Part shown: one piece after another, positions 23,301 through 35,737 of the stretch | Position numbering within the stretch: position 1 is the stretch's first letter | How the letters are laid out: every line of letters begins with the position of its first letter | NCBI GenBank assembly: GCA_010405405.1 | Contig: MU004230.1 | Coordinates: 1,026,627-1,090,626, forward strand | Length of the DNA stretch: 64,000 nt | Direction: 5' to 3' | Source of the DNA: Microthyrium microscopicum | Lineage: Eukaryota | The notes under the pieces: generated by a model | Databases searched by the model: none | Told to the model about the DNA's origin: nothing | The model's input: only the letters and a program-made list of their open reading frames with translations | Made by a program: the position numbers and the translations under genes

Positions 23301-26300
23301 ACATCGTCCTCTTGATGAGCGATCAGATACTCATGCACAGAATGAAGTACTTCACCTGTCGCCTCACGGAGTCGATGAATTTCGCGATATTCGTCTGATC
23401 CACGTTCAAGAGGATAACCAGTATTGTAGCGAAACTGCGGTTTGACATCGTCTTCTTTGTCTCCCAGATTTGGTTCTTCACTGTCACTGCCATCTTCACT
23501 AGTATCCATAGACTCGACAGAATCAACTGAGATCACGCTAGGATCTGAAGAGTTCTCCGAGGCATACGAGTCTCGCATAACTTCCCAGTGACGCGGATCC
23601 CATAGAACTGAGATTCCCGAGAGAATCAATCGAATGAGAACGAGGTTACGCGACAGCTCATCAGACCAAGCCTTCCCAGTACCGTCTCGTGTGATATTTG
23701 GAGCTTCGCTAATCAAGCCCTTCAACGAATTTGTAGCGCCTCCAATTTGGTCTTTGAATAGTCGAATAGCGAATCGAATCTCGGCTTCACCTGGCTTGTA
23801 CCAGGCGATTGTCATGTCTTTTGCATCTGTGTACTTGCCCCACTCTTGAGCAGTGACTCCAGATTTGAACACTTGCGGCTCATAGTTCTTCAGATCAAGA
23901 GAGTATGTGGCGGTCAAATTCAACAACAAGTGGTGGATGAAGTTGGAGATGTGAATGGTGGGGATTCCTTGACACTTTTCTTGCATGAAGTGAGCAATGT
24001 CAAACAGTTCATCTTCCCAAGCCATCACAGCACCGCCCACATGAACAACGCACATGGAAAGCATACTAATGTGCCATACAAGGGCGTGATCACGTGGGAG
24101 AATATCTGAGCCGATAGTTCGGGTAGATCCAGCACCATTTTCGATGATCTCCTCGCGAATGCAAGCAATCAATTCAGGAAGAAGCCGCTGTAGAGCCTTT
24201 TCGGGGTTGACCTTGACCAAAGCATTGCAAAGAAAAGCCACTGCATCTCTAGCCTGGTTGATAGTGTTGGTTGTCACAAAATGGGCAATTTTGTTGAGAG
24301 CCACATCATACAGCTCTGGTGAGAGAGAAGCTAGTAGAGGTGTGAAAGTCGCAGGAAGTGTATTGACGACATTCTCTTCTGGCGATCCACTGCGAACACG
24401 CGAGGCGTCGGGAAGATTTTTGAGAAGTGTGAACACTCGACCCAGGAGTGAGATGATGAACTCGTTCAGATCTGCAGTCGAAGCTACTAGAATTCGATTC
24501 TCATCCTCGACTGAAAGTTCTTTCTCGTAATCAACTTGTATCATGGGCCCTTCGCGATCAAATCTTTCGACCTCATTTGATATCCACCCCATAGCCAAGG
24601 TGACATCAGCAGCTTCGTTTGAACTTCCAGGCTCTTTACTCAGATCGTGAAATGGAATGTTGTATGCGACAGTTTGAATGAAGGATAGAGTATGAATAGT
24701 CTTTTCCAAATCATTTGGATCGATACCTGGCAGAGCTAGGCCAAGCAAAGAAGTGATATGGCAACGGAACCCAAAATTTCTAGCCAGCAGTCGAGTTAAG
24801 ACTTGTAGTGCTCGAATAGCCGAGTTTGTCCGATGGACTTCGACGAGACCTTGCATAGCTGGATAGATTCGTTGAAGAGCACCCGGAAGTATCAGATTCG
24901 GCTCCAGGTAGGCAAGGCATTGTAACGTTGAGAGGGAAAAGTTAATAGCTGTTCCACTCTTGGCGAATATGCCCATGAAGACTACCTCGCGCAAACAGAG
25001 TACGAACCGGCGCCTAACGTCTTCGGTCAGCCTTCGCTCTGGTGGGACGTCCATTTCTCCGCTTCGTTCTCGATTCCATCGCATGACGAAAAAGTCAGCC
25101 AGATAGTAAACGAATTGCGAAAGTGTTTTAGTCCAATGACCCTGATTGGAGGGATGGAAGAATGTCTCTATTCCATTTATCAAGTCCTCTAGACATGATA
25201 AAATAGAGCGAATTGGCTGAGCGCAAGATGGAGATAACGACATGACAATCCATCTTGCTATTTGATGGGCAATGGGATGCTTTCGTCCATCACGCTCTAA
25301 CAACATAGCAAGACCAGCATGAAGATCGACAATGTTAGTATAGGACGAAACCGATTGACCTACTGGCAATTCAAGTATTCTAAGAATTGCCGTGAAGACA
25401 AGTTCCGACTGCTCTTCCGTGAAAATACCGAAAGGAGAAAACTCCACGTGTGGACTCTGCAACATGTCTCTAGCAGTGCGAGAGAAGATATCAATGAAGT
25501 GAACATCCATATGTCTTGAGCGACTAACCAACGACCACAAGTGGAAGAATGTTGGAAAGTACTGTTGTGGGTATATGTCTTTCCGATCCTCTGGAGGAGA
25601 CGAAGTTGGTAAGAACAAGTTCAGAAGGCCGGTGACTACGAATGCAGATTCGGAGATTGAGGTACTGAAGTAAGGTAGAAACTCTTCGAGAATTGCTGGG
25701 ATTTCCAAGGGATCAAAGTAGATTTGAGCAAAGGTACACATTTTTGTATATGTTCGCACATTTCGCTTGCTGCTCGTCTGTGATGCGGGTCCGAATTCAG
25801 AAGGAAGTACGAAGACCTTCAAAACTCTGTAAAGCGGCCGCCAATCAAGTATCAGGTCTTTTCCAGGGCGTAAATAATGCTTTCGTCTACATAATGTTAG
25901 CCAATTCGCCACAAAAAACGAGAGTCACACTACATACTTGGTCAAATACATGAACATGGATGCAAATCGCTCACAAAGCGAGTTGTCGAGTCCTGGGGCC
26001 AGAGAGAGTCCGTAGTACAAGTGTACCAACTTGATTCTTATGTCTCGAGGCATATCGAATTTCAGAGTAAGCCAGCCCCGAATTTCTCTGGTCCAGTGTA
26101 CGACACCGGGCGAAAAGTCTCCGGCAGAAACGGCAACGAAGAGATTGCTAAGACATGTTTCCAGATTCGCAAGTGCTTCTTTCTCATCCTCAGTCTTGTA
26201 AGGTAGGTATTTGAAGTATGGATAGGTGCGTGGTCTTGAACGGCCTTGATTTTGTTCATCACTGCCGTTTGCACGCCAATTTGTAGCGGCCGTCGTAGAT

Positions 26301-26350
26301 TGCGTTTTGTCGAGGTCGCGCACCCCGAGCTTAGGAGCATTGTCACCCAT
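20370..26350 (-). CDS. BLM10: Proteasome activator Blm10/PA200 (PSME4)
   Basis: Exons 26350-25938, 25886-20483, 20432-20370. RPRTYPYF..LPY, TFFHPSNQGHW, ALPGIDPNDLEKT, AFPYTSPPPDWLP, FKKLRQDTWH; spliced C-terminus LEGVLWKSYFA*, an HbYX-like docking motif. Confidence 0.95.
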
Positions 26351-26978
26351 CTTATAGGCAAGGACTCATGCGGACCGGCGTTATAGGCCTGGGTTAAATG
26401 GTGATAGCAGGATGGAAGACGAAAAGACGGTGGAATTTCGACAAGGCTGGTAGTTCGCGGCGAGAATAAAGGACATGCGACCAGATTGGAGGGCAACCGG
26501 TCAAGAAAGCGTTTGAAAAGGTCGGGTACGTGGGGTATGAGCTATGTGGCAATGCAAACAATATAAGGAAATAGCCAAAGAAAAATGACCAGGCAATTGA
26601 AGAGTAGACGGAGGCAGAACTGAGTACGTCAACTCGAAGTTAGGATTGCGGAGCGTTGGTGATGGAGCTTTGACCTTTGTATGCAAGAGGAATGAAGCCT
26701 GTGCCAAGCTTTGACTTTCTTTTTGACCCTGACTTAGTAAGCGTTCTCGAGGTTCTTTGCCTCTGTTTGGTTGCTGCGAGCCTGCGTCTAATCAGCTCGG
26801 CGCGTGCAATGAACTTTCTTTGTCTTGACTCTTTTTGACAATAAAAGAGCTGTAAAAGCTGACAACACTGGATGGAATCTGGAGGTAGCATTCGTTAGCC
26901 TTCCGCGGGTCCGAAAACACGCGAGCGAGCCTGAACCAAAATCACCTGGTCCCAGGCAGAATCAAGACGCGTATCAAC

Positions 26979-27763
26979 ATGTCATATTACGATGTCGACG
27001 CCATCCTCACCGATGCCCAGGTAAAACCGATTGGGATTTTGTCTTACCGTCTTGGTCCTAAATTGTCCTTTTAGAAAGTTCCTTGCACCTTCGAAATCAC
27101 TGTACCTGGTCTAGGCTATCTGGAAGGCAATCCTGGCAATGATGTATGAACAAAGGTTCTAGGTCGGCAATGAAATGATATTTACAAGTTCTAGATCAAG
27201 CAGGGCGCAAAACTAGAGTTACCGTTATGGCTCGGTGAAATGCTGGCAGTGAGGTCGGTGCTCCTATGACTTCAAATTGCACCTGTCACTAACACATCAA
27301 AGTCGCAATGCGTCCGAGGAAAGCAATCTCACATTAGATCTCCCAAAGTGCCTTTCTGCGCACGTAGTCAATGCCTTGAAAGCGGATGCGCGAACTGTGG
27401 AACTTCGAGCACTTGCGCCACACTTTTATGCTCTAGGCGCGAGAATATTGGACTTGTTTGAAGATGAAGAGCTATCTAGCGTTCTTAGTGAGGTATGTTG
27501 GCGCAGCAAACTATCCAACACGTATTGATGAGATCAGAGCTTCAAAAAGCGAGCTAGAGAAATAGCAGATCAAGCACACAACTCAGGGCGGTCACTTGGC
27601 GATGCAGCAGATTTTCTGCGGGGATTGGACGAAGAAGAACGTCAATGTCAGTGCCTGTACAGTTCCTAATGATAAGAAATTGCTAACATGGACAGTATTC
27701 CGAACTGCACACGAGTCTACTAAAGCAGTGCGAGTATGGATGTCAGAGTTGAAAAAAGCATAA
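26979..27763 (+). CDS. PSF3: GINS complex subunit Psf3
   Basis: Six exons with GT-AG introns: MSYYDVDAILTDAQ / KVPCTFEITVPGLGYLEGN / LELPLWLGEMLAV / NALKADARTVELRALAPHFY / FKKRAREIADQAHN..FLRGLDEEERQ / FRTAHESTK. Confidence 0.92.
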
Positions 27764-28502
27764 ATGGTCCATACAGTTAAAAGGTCAAATCAGCTTGTAC
27801 ATGAAATAATGAAAGAACGAATGCTAAATGTATGATATGATTTGCAATTGTTGTTAAGAAAGAAAAAGACTTGATTGCTTCCAAAGGGTAGAGTGTATTC
27901 TGATTAGAATAAGGTACATGCTCTCAATTCAGACAATCAAGAGTAACAACTAGTAGTTATGTATCAATGGTTGACTAAATGTTGCAGTGTCGCTGAAACA
28001 GAGCACCAGTTGAGCATGGTACTTTCCACGTGCAAGGCTGAATAAGGCTGAAGTGGAATATGAACAGCACGATTGGTGGGACCAAAACCGGCGCTTGCCT
28101 TGTTTGTCTTGGGGCGCATGAAAGAGACTGCTGCTCCGGCTGCTTTGCAAAGTGCGCTTTCCGTGCTTGGCATTCCACCCTTCTGAGCGGCAAGTGCAAT
28201 CAAAAAAATGGCCCGATGTAGAAGCCACTCAGCGTTGGTAGGTTGGTACGCCAAAAGCTCTCGCCAAAAAAAATTGTTGGCGGAAGTTGCGATTGCCCAG
28301 TTCGGCTGTAAGTGCTCAAACTGTTGCTGCCACCCTGACCACTTTGAACTCTGAACTCTGTCTTCCTTTGCTTTCTCTCCTCCTCTTCTTCCTCCTTCAC
28401 CATCCAACACCACATAACTTCATTCATCGTCAGATAGCCTGCTCTTGTCCACAGGCGGCTTGTTGTTTGCCGCTTCTTCCTCCCCTTTCCATCGCAACAA
28501 TC

Positions 28503-28533
28503 ACAAAAAAAATTAAAAAAATCATTCCAAAAA
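28503..28533 (+). promoter_or_regulatory. A-rich tract in the probable PAB1 5' leader (candidate autoregulatory element)
   Basis: acaaaaaaaattaaaaaaatcattccaaaat within a pyrimidine-rich region about 450 nt upstream of the ATG. Confidence 0.5.
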
Positions 28534-28970
28534 TCCCACATTCCATCTAGCCATCTAGCCATCCAGCTAGTAGCTTGTCGAACCTCTCCCACCAACTTCA
28601 CCTCCAACCGCTTTTATCGCCAGAACACTTGTCCTCTCTCGCTGAGCGACTTGCTAGTTCTTTCATCCGCTTTATCTTCTCTCCTTGTCAACCACTATCC
28701 GCTACTTTGTCAGTCGGCTCCTCACTTCCGCATATCATCCATTGTCCATCCAACTCAGTTGCTGACTTTGCACAAAGCCTTCACCCGTCGCGTCAGTCTC
28801 TCAAGACTTCTGCGACCTTCCATCATTCAATCTCGCTCTAATTCGTGATCCATTTCGTAAGCATCTCCATAACTGCTCCCACAAGCTGGCTTTGTTGGAA
28901 GAATCAGCCGTGCGCTTTTTGACTTGATTATCTGACGTTGAACAAGCAAACCACCACCCTCCGCTTCACC

Positions 28971-31310
28971 ATGGCTGACCAAACCAACAACGGTGCTTCT
29001 GACGCATCTGCTCCTTCCTCCGGACCTGCGCCCACCAATGGCAACGCCATTGATACCTCAGTTGGAGGCCCTCAGGGTGCTGGAGGAGTGCAAACTCCCA
29101 ACTCTGCTGCCCCCGCCGGCCATACGAATTCGGCCTCTCTCTACGTTGGAGAGCTCGATACCTCCGTGACCGAAGCTATGCTGTTCGAGCTGTTCTCTAC
29201 CATCGGACAGGTCGCATCCATCCGTGTCTGCCGTGACGCCGTCACTCGTCGTTCTCTTGGATATGCCTATGTCAACTACAATGCCGCCGATGATGGCGAA
29301 AAGGCTCTTGAGGAGCTCAACTACACTTTGATCAAGGGGAAGCCTTGCCGTATCATGTGGTCTCAACGTGATCCCGCTCTGCGCAAAACTGGCCAAGGAA
29401 ATATCTTCATCAAAAATTTGGATACTGCTATCGATAACAAGGCTCTCCACGACACCTTTGCGGCCTTTGGCAACATCTTGAGTTGCAAGGTCGCTCAGGA
29501 TGAACTCGGAAGTTCCAAGGGCTACGGATTCGTCCATTATGAGACTGCCGAGGCCGCCAATCAGGCCATCAAGCACGTCAATGGCATGTTGCTGAACGAA
29601 AAGAAGGTTTACGTTGGTCATCATATTCCAAAGAAAGACCGCATGAGCAAGTTCGAAGAGATGAAGGCCAACTTTACTAATGTCTATGTCAAGAACATCT
29701 CGACAGACGTTACTGATGATGAGTTCCGTACAATGTTCGAGAACTATGGCGACATTACTTCGGCCACTCTTCAGCATGACCCTGAGACTGGCAAGCACCG
29801 TGGATTTGGATTCGTCAACTTTGTCAAGCATGAGGCTGCCTCGCAAGCCGTCGATGAGTTACACGACCAGGATCTCAAAGGACAAAAGCTGTATGTCGGC
29901 CGTGCCCAGAAGAAACACGAACGTGAAGAGGAACTTCGCAAGCAGTACGAGGCGCAGCGAATCGAGAAGCAGTCCAAGTATCAGGGTGTCAATCTTTACA
30001 TCAAGAACTTGGATGACGATGTCGATGATGAGAAGTTGCGCGACATGTTCACCCCGTTCGGTACCATCACCTCTGCTAAAGTTATGCGTGACACTCTGCC
30101 TGCTTCTGGTGAGGAGCAGGAAGGCGAAGAGGCTGAAAAGGAAGAGGAGACCGAGACCGAGAAGAAGGAAGCCAAGGATGAATCCGAGGACAAGTCTGAC
30201 GATGCCAAAGACGAAGACAAGGACAAGGTCATCATCAAGGGTGAAAAGAAGATCTTGGGCAAGAGCAAAGGCTTTGGTTTCGTCTGCTTTAGCAGCCCTG
30301 ATGAAGCCACCAAGGCTGTTGCAGAGATGAACCAAAAGATGATCAACGGCAAGCCTCTTTACGTTGCTCTTGCTCAACGCAAAGATGTCCGCAAGAGCCA
30401 ACTTGAGGCCACAATTCATGCTCGTAACCAGATTCGCATTCAACAGCAAGCCGCCATTGGATCCATGCCACAGCAAGCCTTCATTCAGCCAGGCATGTAC
30501 TTCCCTGGACAAGGTCAATATCTGCCACCCGCTGCGCGTGGTCAGATGCCATTTCCACAAGGTATGCCACCACAACAAGGTGGTCGCGGCGCTGGATTCC
30601 CTGGTGGTCTTCCTCAGCAAGGAGGACGCGGTGGTCCCGCTGGTGCTCAACAACTCCCACCTCAGCTATATGGAATGCCACCTAATATGCCCGGTGGCTT
30701 CCCACCTGGTGTCAATCCAGCTTACTTCCAACTTGCCCAAGCAGCCAACCAGGCAATGGGCGGTCGTGGAGCTGGTCGAGGTGGTATCATGGGTGTTCCA
30801 GGCATGCCAGCCCAGATGCCAGGTCTTGTGCCTGCCGGTGGGCCTATGCGTGGCGGTATGCCTCCTCAAGGTGGTCGCGGTGCTAATGGTCCTCGTCCTG
30901 GTCAAGGTGCTTATGGTGCCGGTGCTCAACGCGGCGCTCCAAATGCCCCTGGCAATCATGCCCCAGCTGGTCTCGACATTGCTCAGCTCAATTCAGTTAG
31001 CCAACAGCAGCAAAAGCAGATGCTTGGAGAAGCGCTATATCCCAAGATTCATGATACTCAGCCAGAGCTTGCTGGAAAGATCACTGGCATGTTGCTGGAG
31101 ATGGATAACACTGAGCTCATCAACTTGTAAGTTCACCTTCACAACACAAGCCCACAATGCACATGCTAACAGTCCTATAGGCTCTCTAGCCCCGATGCGT
31201 TGAACCAGAAGGTCCAAGAGGCCGTCAGTGTCTACGACGACTACATGAAGAACAAGGGAGACGGCGAGGAGAACAAGGCCACTGCTGATGGTGAGAAGTC
31301 TGAGGCTTAG
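28971..31310 (+). CDS. PAB1: Cytoplasmic poly(A)-binding protein
   Basis: Exons 28971-31126 and 31181-31310. Four RRMs ([42 protein letters not shown]), a Pro/Gly/Gln linker and an MLLE domain ([13 protein letters not shown]). Probable 5'-UTR intron at 28857-28946. Confidence 0.97.
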
Positions 31311-31891
31311 GCCCAAGTTCACTTGATTGGTTTCGCAGTATTCTCCGTGGTTGCTTTTTTGCTTTTGGGATTGATGTTTTCTACAACCCGGCGTACATGG
31401 CGTTCCCTTGGGACAACAAGGCAGGGGATTCCAAAAGTTAACCACGAGGAGCCGGATCTCCACTTTCGAGACTACAGAGTGTTCGACTCTCGTTGTCTAC
31501 ATTGCTTTGCTCAACTTTCGCTAGGAACAATTTTACAATCTGTTCCTTGCCCTTTTTGCATTTCTTATGTACATATTACCCCAGGGCAGGATTCTTGTAG
31601 AATTGCTGCAAGTTTGCCGTCTTTCCCATTGCCCACTTATCATTATCGGAACGAGTGTGGGGTTGCAGGCTGTAATGGTTGGAATGCTGTGGTTATGCAG
31701 CCAAATGTTGTTGGTCGCGAGGCGAAAGGTGAAGGAAGAATATCATTAAGGTGTGCTGATGGCATTAGTTGTTAAAAAGGATCCAGAGTTAGTCTGAGAA
31801 GTTGTAGCTGAATAGATGCTTGAAATCACTATTGTGCTATGTAACTCAAAAATCGGGGTATCATAGGTTGAAATGCGTCCTCCACAGCCGT

Positions 31892-33016
31892 CTATCGACT
31901 GGTATCAATGGGAATCGAGTCATCAAAGATCTCTATGCCTTCCAGCATGTCCTTCTTGGGTTCATCCAACCCAACTGCCTGCAATATGGCCCACCGCAGT
32001 TCTTGAATTCCCAACCGCCCCAGCCCAGATATCTCTGCATCTGCTCCTGTGCATATTATATCTTCCACCGGCAACCTCATGCCTTCCAATCCCTTGTTTC
32101 TTCCTCTCCTCCTCTCCCCATCCCTTAGCCTCTCCACTAACGTCTCCCTCACCCGCTTACACGTCTCTTCCAACGCACGTATCCTATGTTCCGCAGCCTC
32201 TCCACGTCCTTTGTGCGGCCACAGCACCCGATCTGCCTTGGTCAACACCACTTGCCAAGCTGTCCCGGCTTCCGCCAACATATCAATGACTTGTAGATCG
32301 CGTTCGTTCGGCCCTCGCTCCGCATCCAACAGCACCAGCGCGCGTCGGACTTGTGATCGCTTCGTGAGCACTTTCGTCAATTCCTTGCCCCACTCGCCCC
32401 GCGAGCCATATCCATAGCCAGGTGTATCTATCAGCACCAAGCCCCTTCCATGCAACGCGTGCCGTATCTTCATATCTTTCCCACCAGCTTTCCCTCCACC
32501 TTTCCCCTTGTGAAGGAGATCAGCAGACAGACCTGGCCGGACGATGGTGCGTGTGCGCGCATCAATATTTGGCCCTATACCATACGCATGCATACAGCGC
32601 GTATGTCCCGGTTTGGAGGACACGCGTGCCAGTGGATTTGTGTTTACGCCTGCGAGCGCATTGAGGAGCGTGGATTTGCCGACGTTGGAGCGGCCGAGGA
32701 GGATGAGTTCGGGGAGGGTGGAGGTTAGGGGGAAAAGGTGGTAGGCGTGTGTGCTAAAGAGGTGTTGGGCGCGGTGGGCGAAGAAGGCGGCGGCGGCGGA
32801 GAGGGATTGCGCTGTGGGCGGGGTGCTGATGTAGGATGATATTAGGGAGAGAGAGTGGATATGTGATTGGGATGCTGGTTGTGGCGGTTGAAGGGATGGT
32901 GGTTGTTGGGGGATTGCTGAAGAGGGTGGGTGGTGAGCGAGGTTTGTGAGCGGTGCGGAGAATGATGCAGGGGTGGTTGGTATTGAGGGCCTCCGAAGGC
33001 GTTGTAGTGGCCGCAT
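31892..33016 (-). CDS. EngB/YihA-type GTPase (GTPBP8/Mrx8-like, probably mitochondrial)
   Basis: G1 GRSNVGKS, G2 KPGHT, G3 DTPGYG, G4 TKAD; Arg-rich N-terminus. Confidence 0.88.
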   Translation of the reverse strand: MRPLQRLRRPSIPTTPASFSAPLTNLAHHPPSSAIPQQPPSLQPPQPASQSHIHSLSLISSYISTPPTAQSLSAAAAFFAHRAQHLFSTHAYHLFPLTSTLPELILLGRSNVGKSTLLNALAGVNTNPLARVSSKPGHTRCMHAYGIGPNIDARTRTIVRPGLSADLLHKGKGGGKAGGKDMKIRHALHGRGLVLIDTPGYGYGSRGEWGKELTKVLTKRSQVRRALVLLDAERGPNERDLQVIDMLAEAGTAWQVVLTKADRVLWPHKGRGEAAEHRIRALEETCKRVRETLVERLRDGERRRGRNKGLEGMRLPVEDIICTGADAEISGLGRLGIQELRWAILQAVGLDEPKKDMLEGIEIFDDSIPIDTSR

Positions 33017-33941
33017 TTTGGGTGTGGTTGTTGAGGGAAAGTCGTGATAGAAATCTTGGTGTTGAGAGAGACGTTATGACTCTCTGACCAATCAGAGGCT
33101 GTGGCCATTTTCAGCCTGATGATTGCAGCCTTGCGACACAGCGACGTCCTATCAGTCAGCAGAAGATAACGTTATGGCCTGCTGGATCCGGTCTTCCTTG
33201 CTACAAGCGCTTTTTATGTCTTCCGATCAACTAACAATAGATGTTCCACGAAGTACGAATGCGCCATGGTGGCATATCTTGGTGATTTGACGCGTTTCGC
33301 GGATCCGAAAGGTCAAACTGAGTCAACTACGCCTTATGACTGTGGCAAAAATTCTCTTTCAAACGGTTTGAACAGGTATATATCATTTCCTCAGAGTCTA
33401 GATGGGAAACACGAACTATATGAGAGGTTTTAAAAGATATATAACCGACCTGGCCCCGCCTCCAACTTCGGTGGCTAATGCACAGTAAACAGCATATCCT
33501 TACTAGATAACGCAACATGCCAAATCTCTAGCAAAATGAGACGGATGAGGTAACTATCACAACTTCTCGCAACGTTCGCGTCGCATTATTGACTGTTTTC
33601 AAGCCGATATGAGATGTTATAATCCTGTTGCTACCTCGTAATAATAATGCTGGTGCTGCGACAATCTTCACGAGGCTTCCAGGATTCAGATGCACTTCCA
33701 AATTTTTACAAAATGGTGGCATACTTTGATTGGACAAGTAATGAGAGGCACACGTCTTTCTAGAATTGGTTGCCTGATAATTTCTTATGGCAGTGATGAT
33801 CTTCCCCGCCTTGTGATAATGTGCTCAACTGCAGCTTGTGATCAAGAGAGCTTGATTAAACTCCACAGCTTTATTTCTTGTAAATATTGAAAAATAATAG
33901 TTTTCATACTTCTCTAAGTTATCCTCAACCCTAGAGCCATC

Positions 33942-35464
33942 ATGCCCAGTGTTGTCAGCACCTCGAGTGTTCCTCAATTGGATGGCAAAGTGCCAGTGAC
34001 CAAGAGTAAGGCTTTAGGAGAAGACAGCTCTATTACAGCTTCACAACAGCTATCGGTTTCGGGGCTTTCTCATGGAGGTGCTATTCTACCATCCAATGAC
34101 CAATGTGCTGTACATTTAGAGCTTCTGGAGGTCATCGTAGCTCTCAAACGAAAGGTAGAGGACTGGGGAACCGACAATGGCTTCACTCCTGAAACAGCAT
34201 GGAGAAATTATCTCACGCTAGCTACAGCTCGCTTCACCATTTTCGTGGACTCAATCCGGAGCAAGCTTGTGGAAAGAAATTTGATCCCTCCAATCGATGT
34301 GCTGATGGTTTGGCATGCTTTCATGCTCAATCCTGGAGTTTACTCCAGATTTGAAAGACAAGTACATGAGAACAAATGGGGAAGCAATGGACTGGACTGG
34401 AGCTGCATTGTAAGTATTATTTATAAGTACTTCTATCGCGTACTAATGACGATCATTAGCAAAAAGCCATTGACGCCGACAGTGCTTCGTTCACATTGGA
34501 CGAAAGCTCAGCAGTAACGCTACAAGAAGTAGGAATACATGTTGATCTTCTGCACTATCTCAACAGCGACGAAAGTTTTCCCATATTGCAGATGCTTCGA
34601 GAGAAAGATATCGATAACTCGGAAACCTCCACTCCAAGTACCTTGCAGCTGGCATCTGCTGTTGATGACCTACTGCAAAACAATAACATCTTCCACCTCA
34701 ACAGCCCCGAGGTCAAATTCGACCTAATCTCTGCAGTTCAACGCCAGTTCAGATTCGCTTCGAAAATGGCTAGTTTCAATTGGAAACGAAGCCCCTTTTT
34801 TCAAGGCACTCTCTCCTCTGCCGTGGAAAGATATGAAGCCTTCTTTCAGATGATGGCCAACAACCCACAACAAATGCTTGCTCCAACTCTTGAAGTTGAC
34901 TTGGTCTGGCATACACATCAGCTATCTCCATCGGTCTACCGAGCATACTCGAGAGAGGTTGCTGGTCGTTTCATCAACCACAACGACGACATCAACGAGC
35001 AAACAGCATCTTCGTCATTCGGCGAGGCAACAAATGTGTATGAGGAAACATTTGGTTCGGCATATGCGCTCTGTCTCTGCTGGTTTTGTGAGGGCAGTCG
35101 CCATAGTGGTCAGCCAACGGAATCAACGATCGGACTTGTTAAAGAGGCATTGGAAACGGAGTTTGCTCGCAGACGAGATATGGGCTTACCAAACGATATG
35201 GCATTCGCCAAAGCGCACTGCTCCGAGTGTGGCAATCATCCAGCTACCAGATGTGTTCGTAAGGGGTCGGCAGGCGATGCCGCCTGCGGAGGTTGTAATG
35301 GCGAATGCGGTGAAGGAGGATGTGGTGGGTGTAATGGAGAATGCAGCGGTAGGAGGAAAGGTTTCAATATAAAGTCTTCCAGAGGAGCTGGCTGTGGAAG
35401 TGGATGCAATGGCGAATGTGGAGGTTGTAATGGCGAATGTGGCGGCTGTGATAATGGCTTTTGA
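33942..35464 (+). CDS. DUF1399 / glycine-rich-domain (GRDP-like) protein with Cys-Gly repeat tail
   Basis: Exons 33942-34409 and 34460-35464. Duplicated motif PPIDVLMVWHAFMLNP / PTLEVDLVWHTHQLSP..Y..INHND; DLISAVQRQFRF; CLCWFC; C-terminal (GCNGEC)x4. Confidence 0.85.
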
Positions 35465-35737
35465 CAAGAGAGCGTAAGCTATATGGGAATGTTGCTTATT
35501 CTAAGCAGACTGCGCTTTAGGTACAGGAATGTAGACTTCGCAGACGCAATACTTGGACTTTCTGGGAGCAGCTACTATCTTCTCCAATAATATCGTTTTG
35601 ATATAACACCCTGCGAGTTCTTGAACTATCCTACATTCTCTTGTTCAATTATCATGAGATTGACTGGAGTAATATCTATGTAAATGTCTACCAAAAAGTA
35701 AGTCCTTGTCCGCTTCCTGGTTATCCACTGAGATGCT

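Noticed and set aside
29058..30653. Long antisense ORFs (262 and 264 aa) over PAB1
   Set aside because: Expected shadow of strong codon bias in a highly expressed gene; no recognisable motifs.
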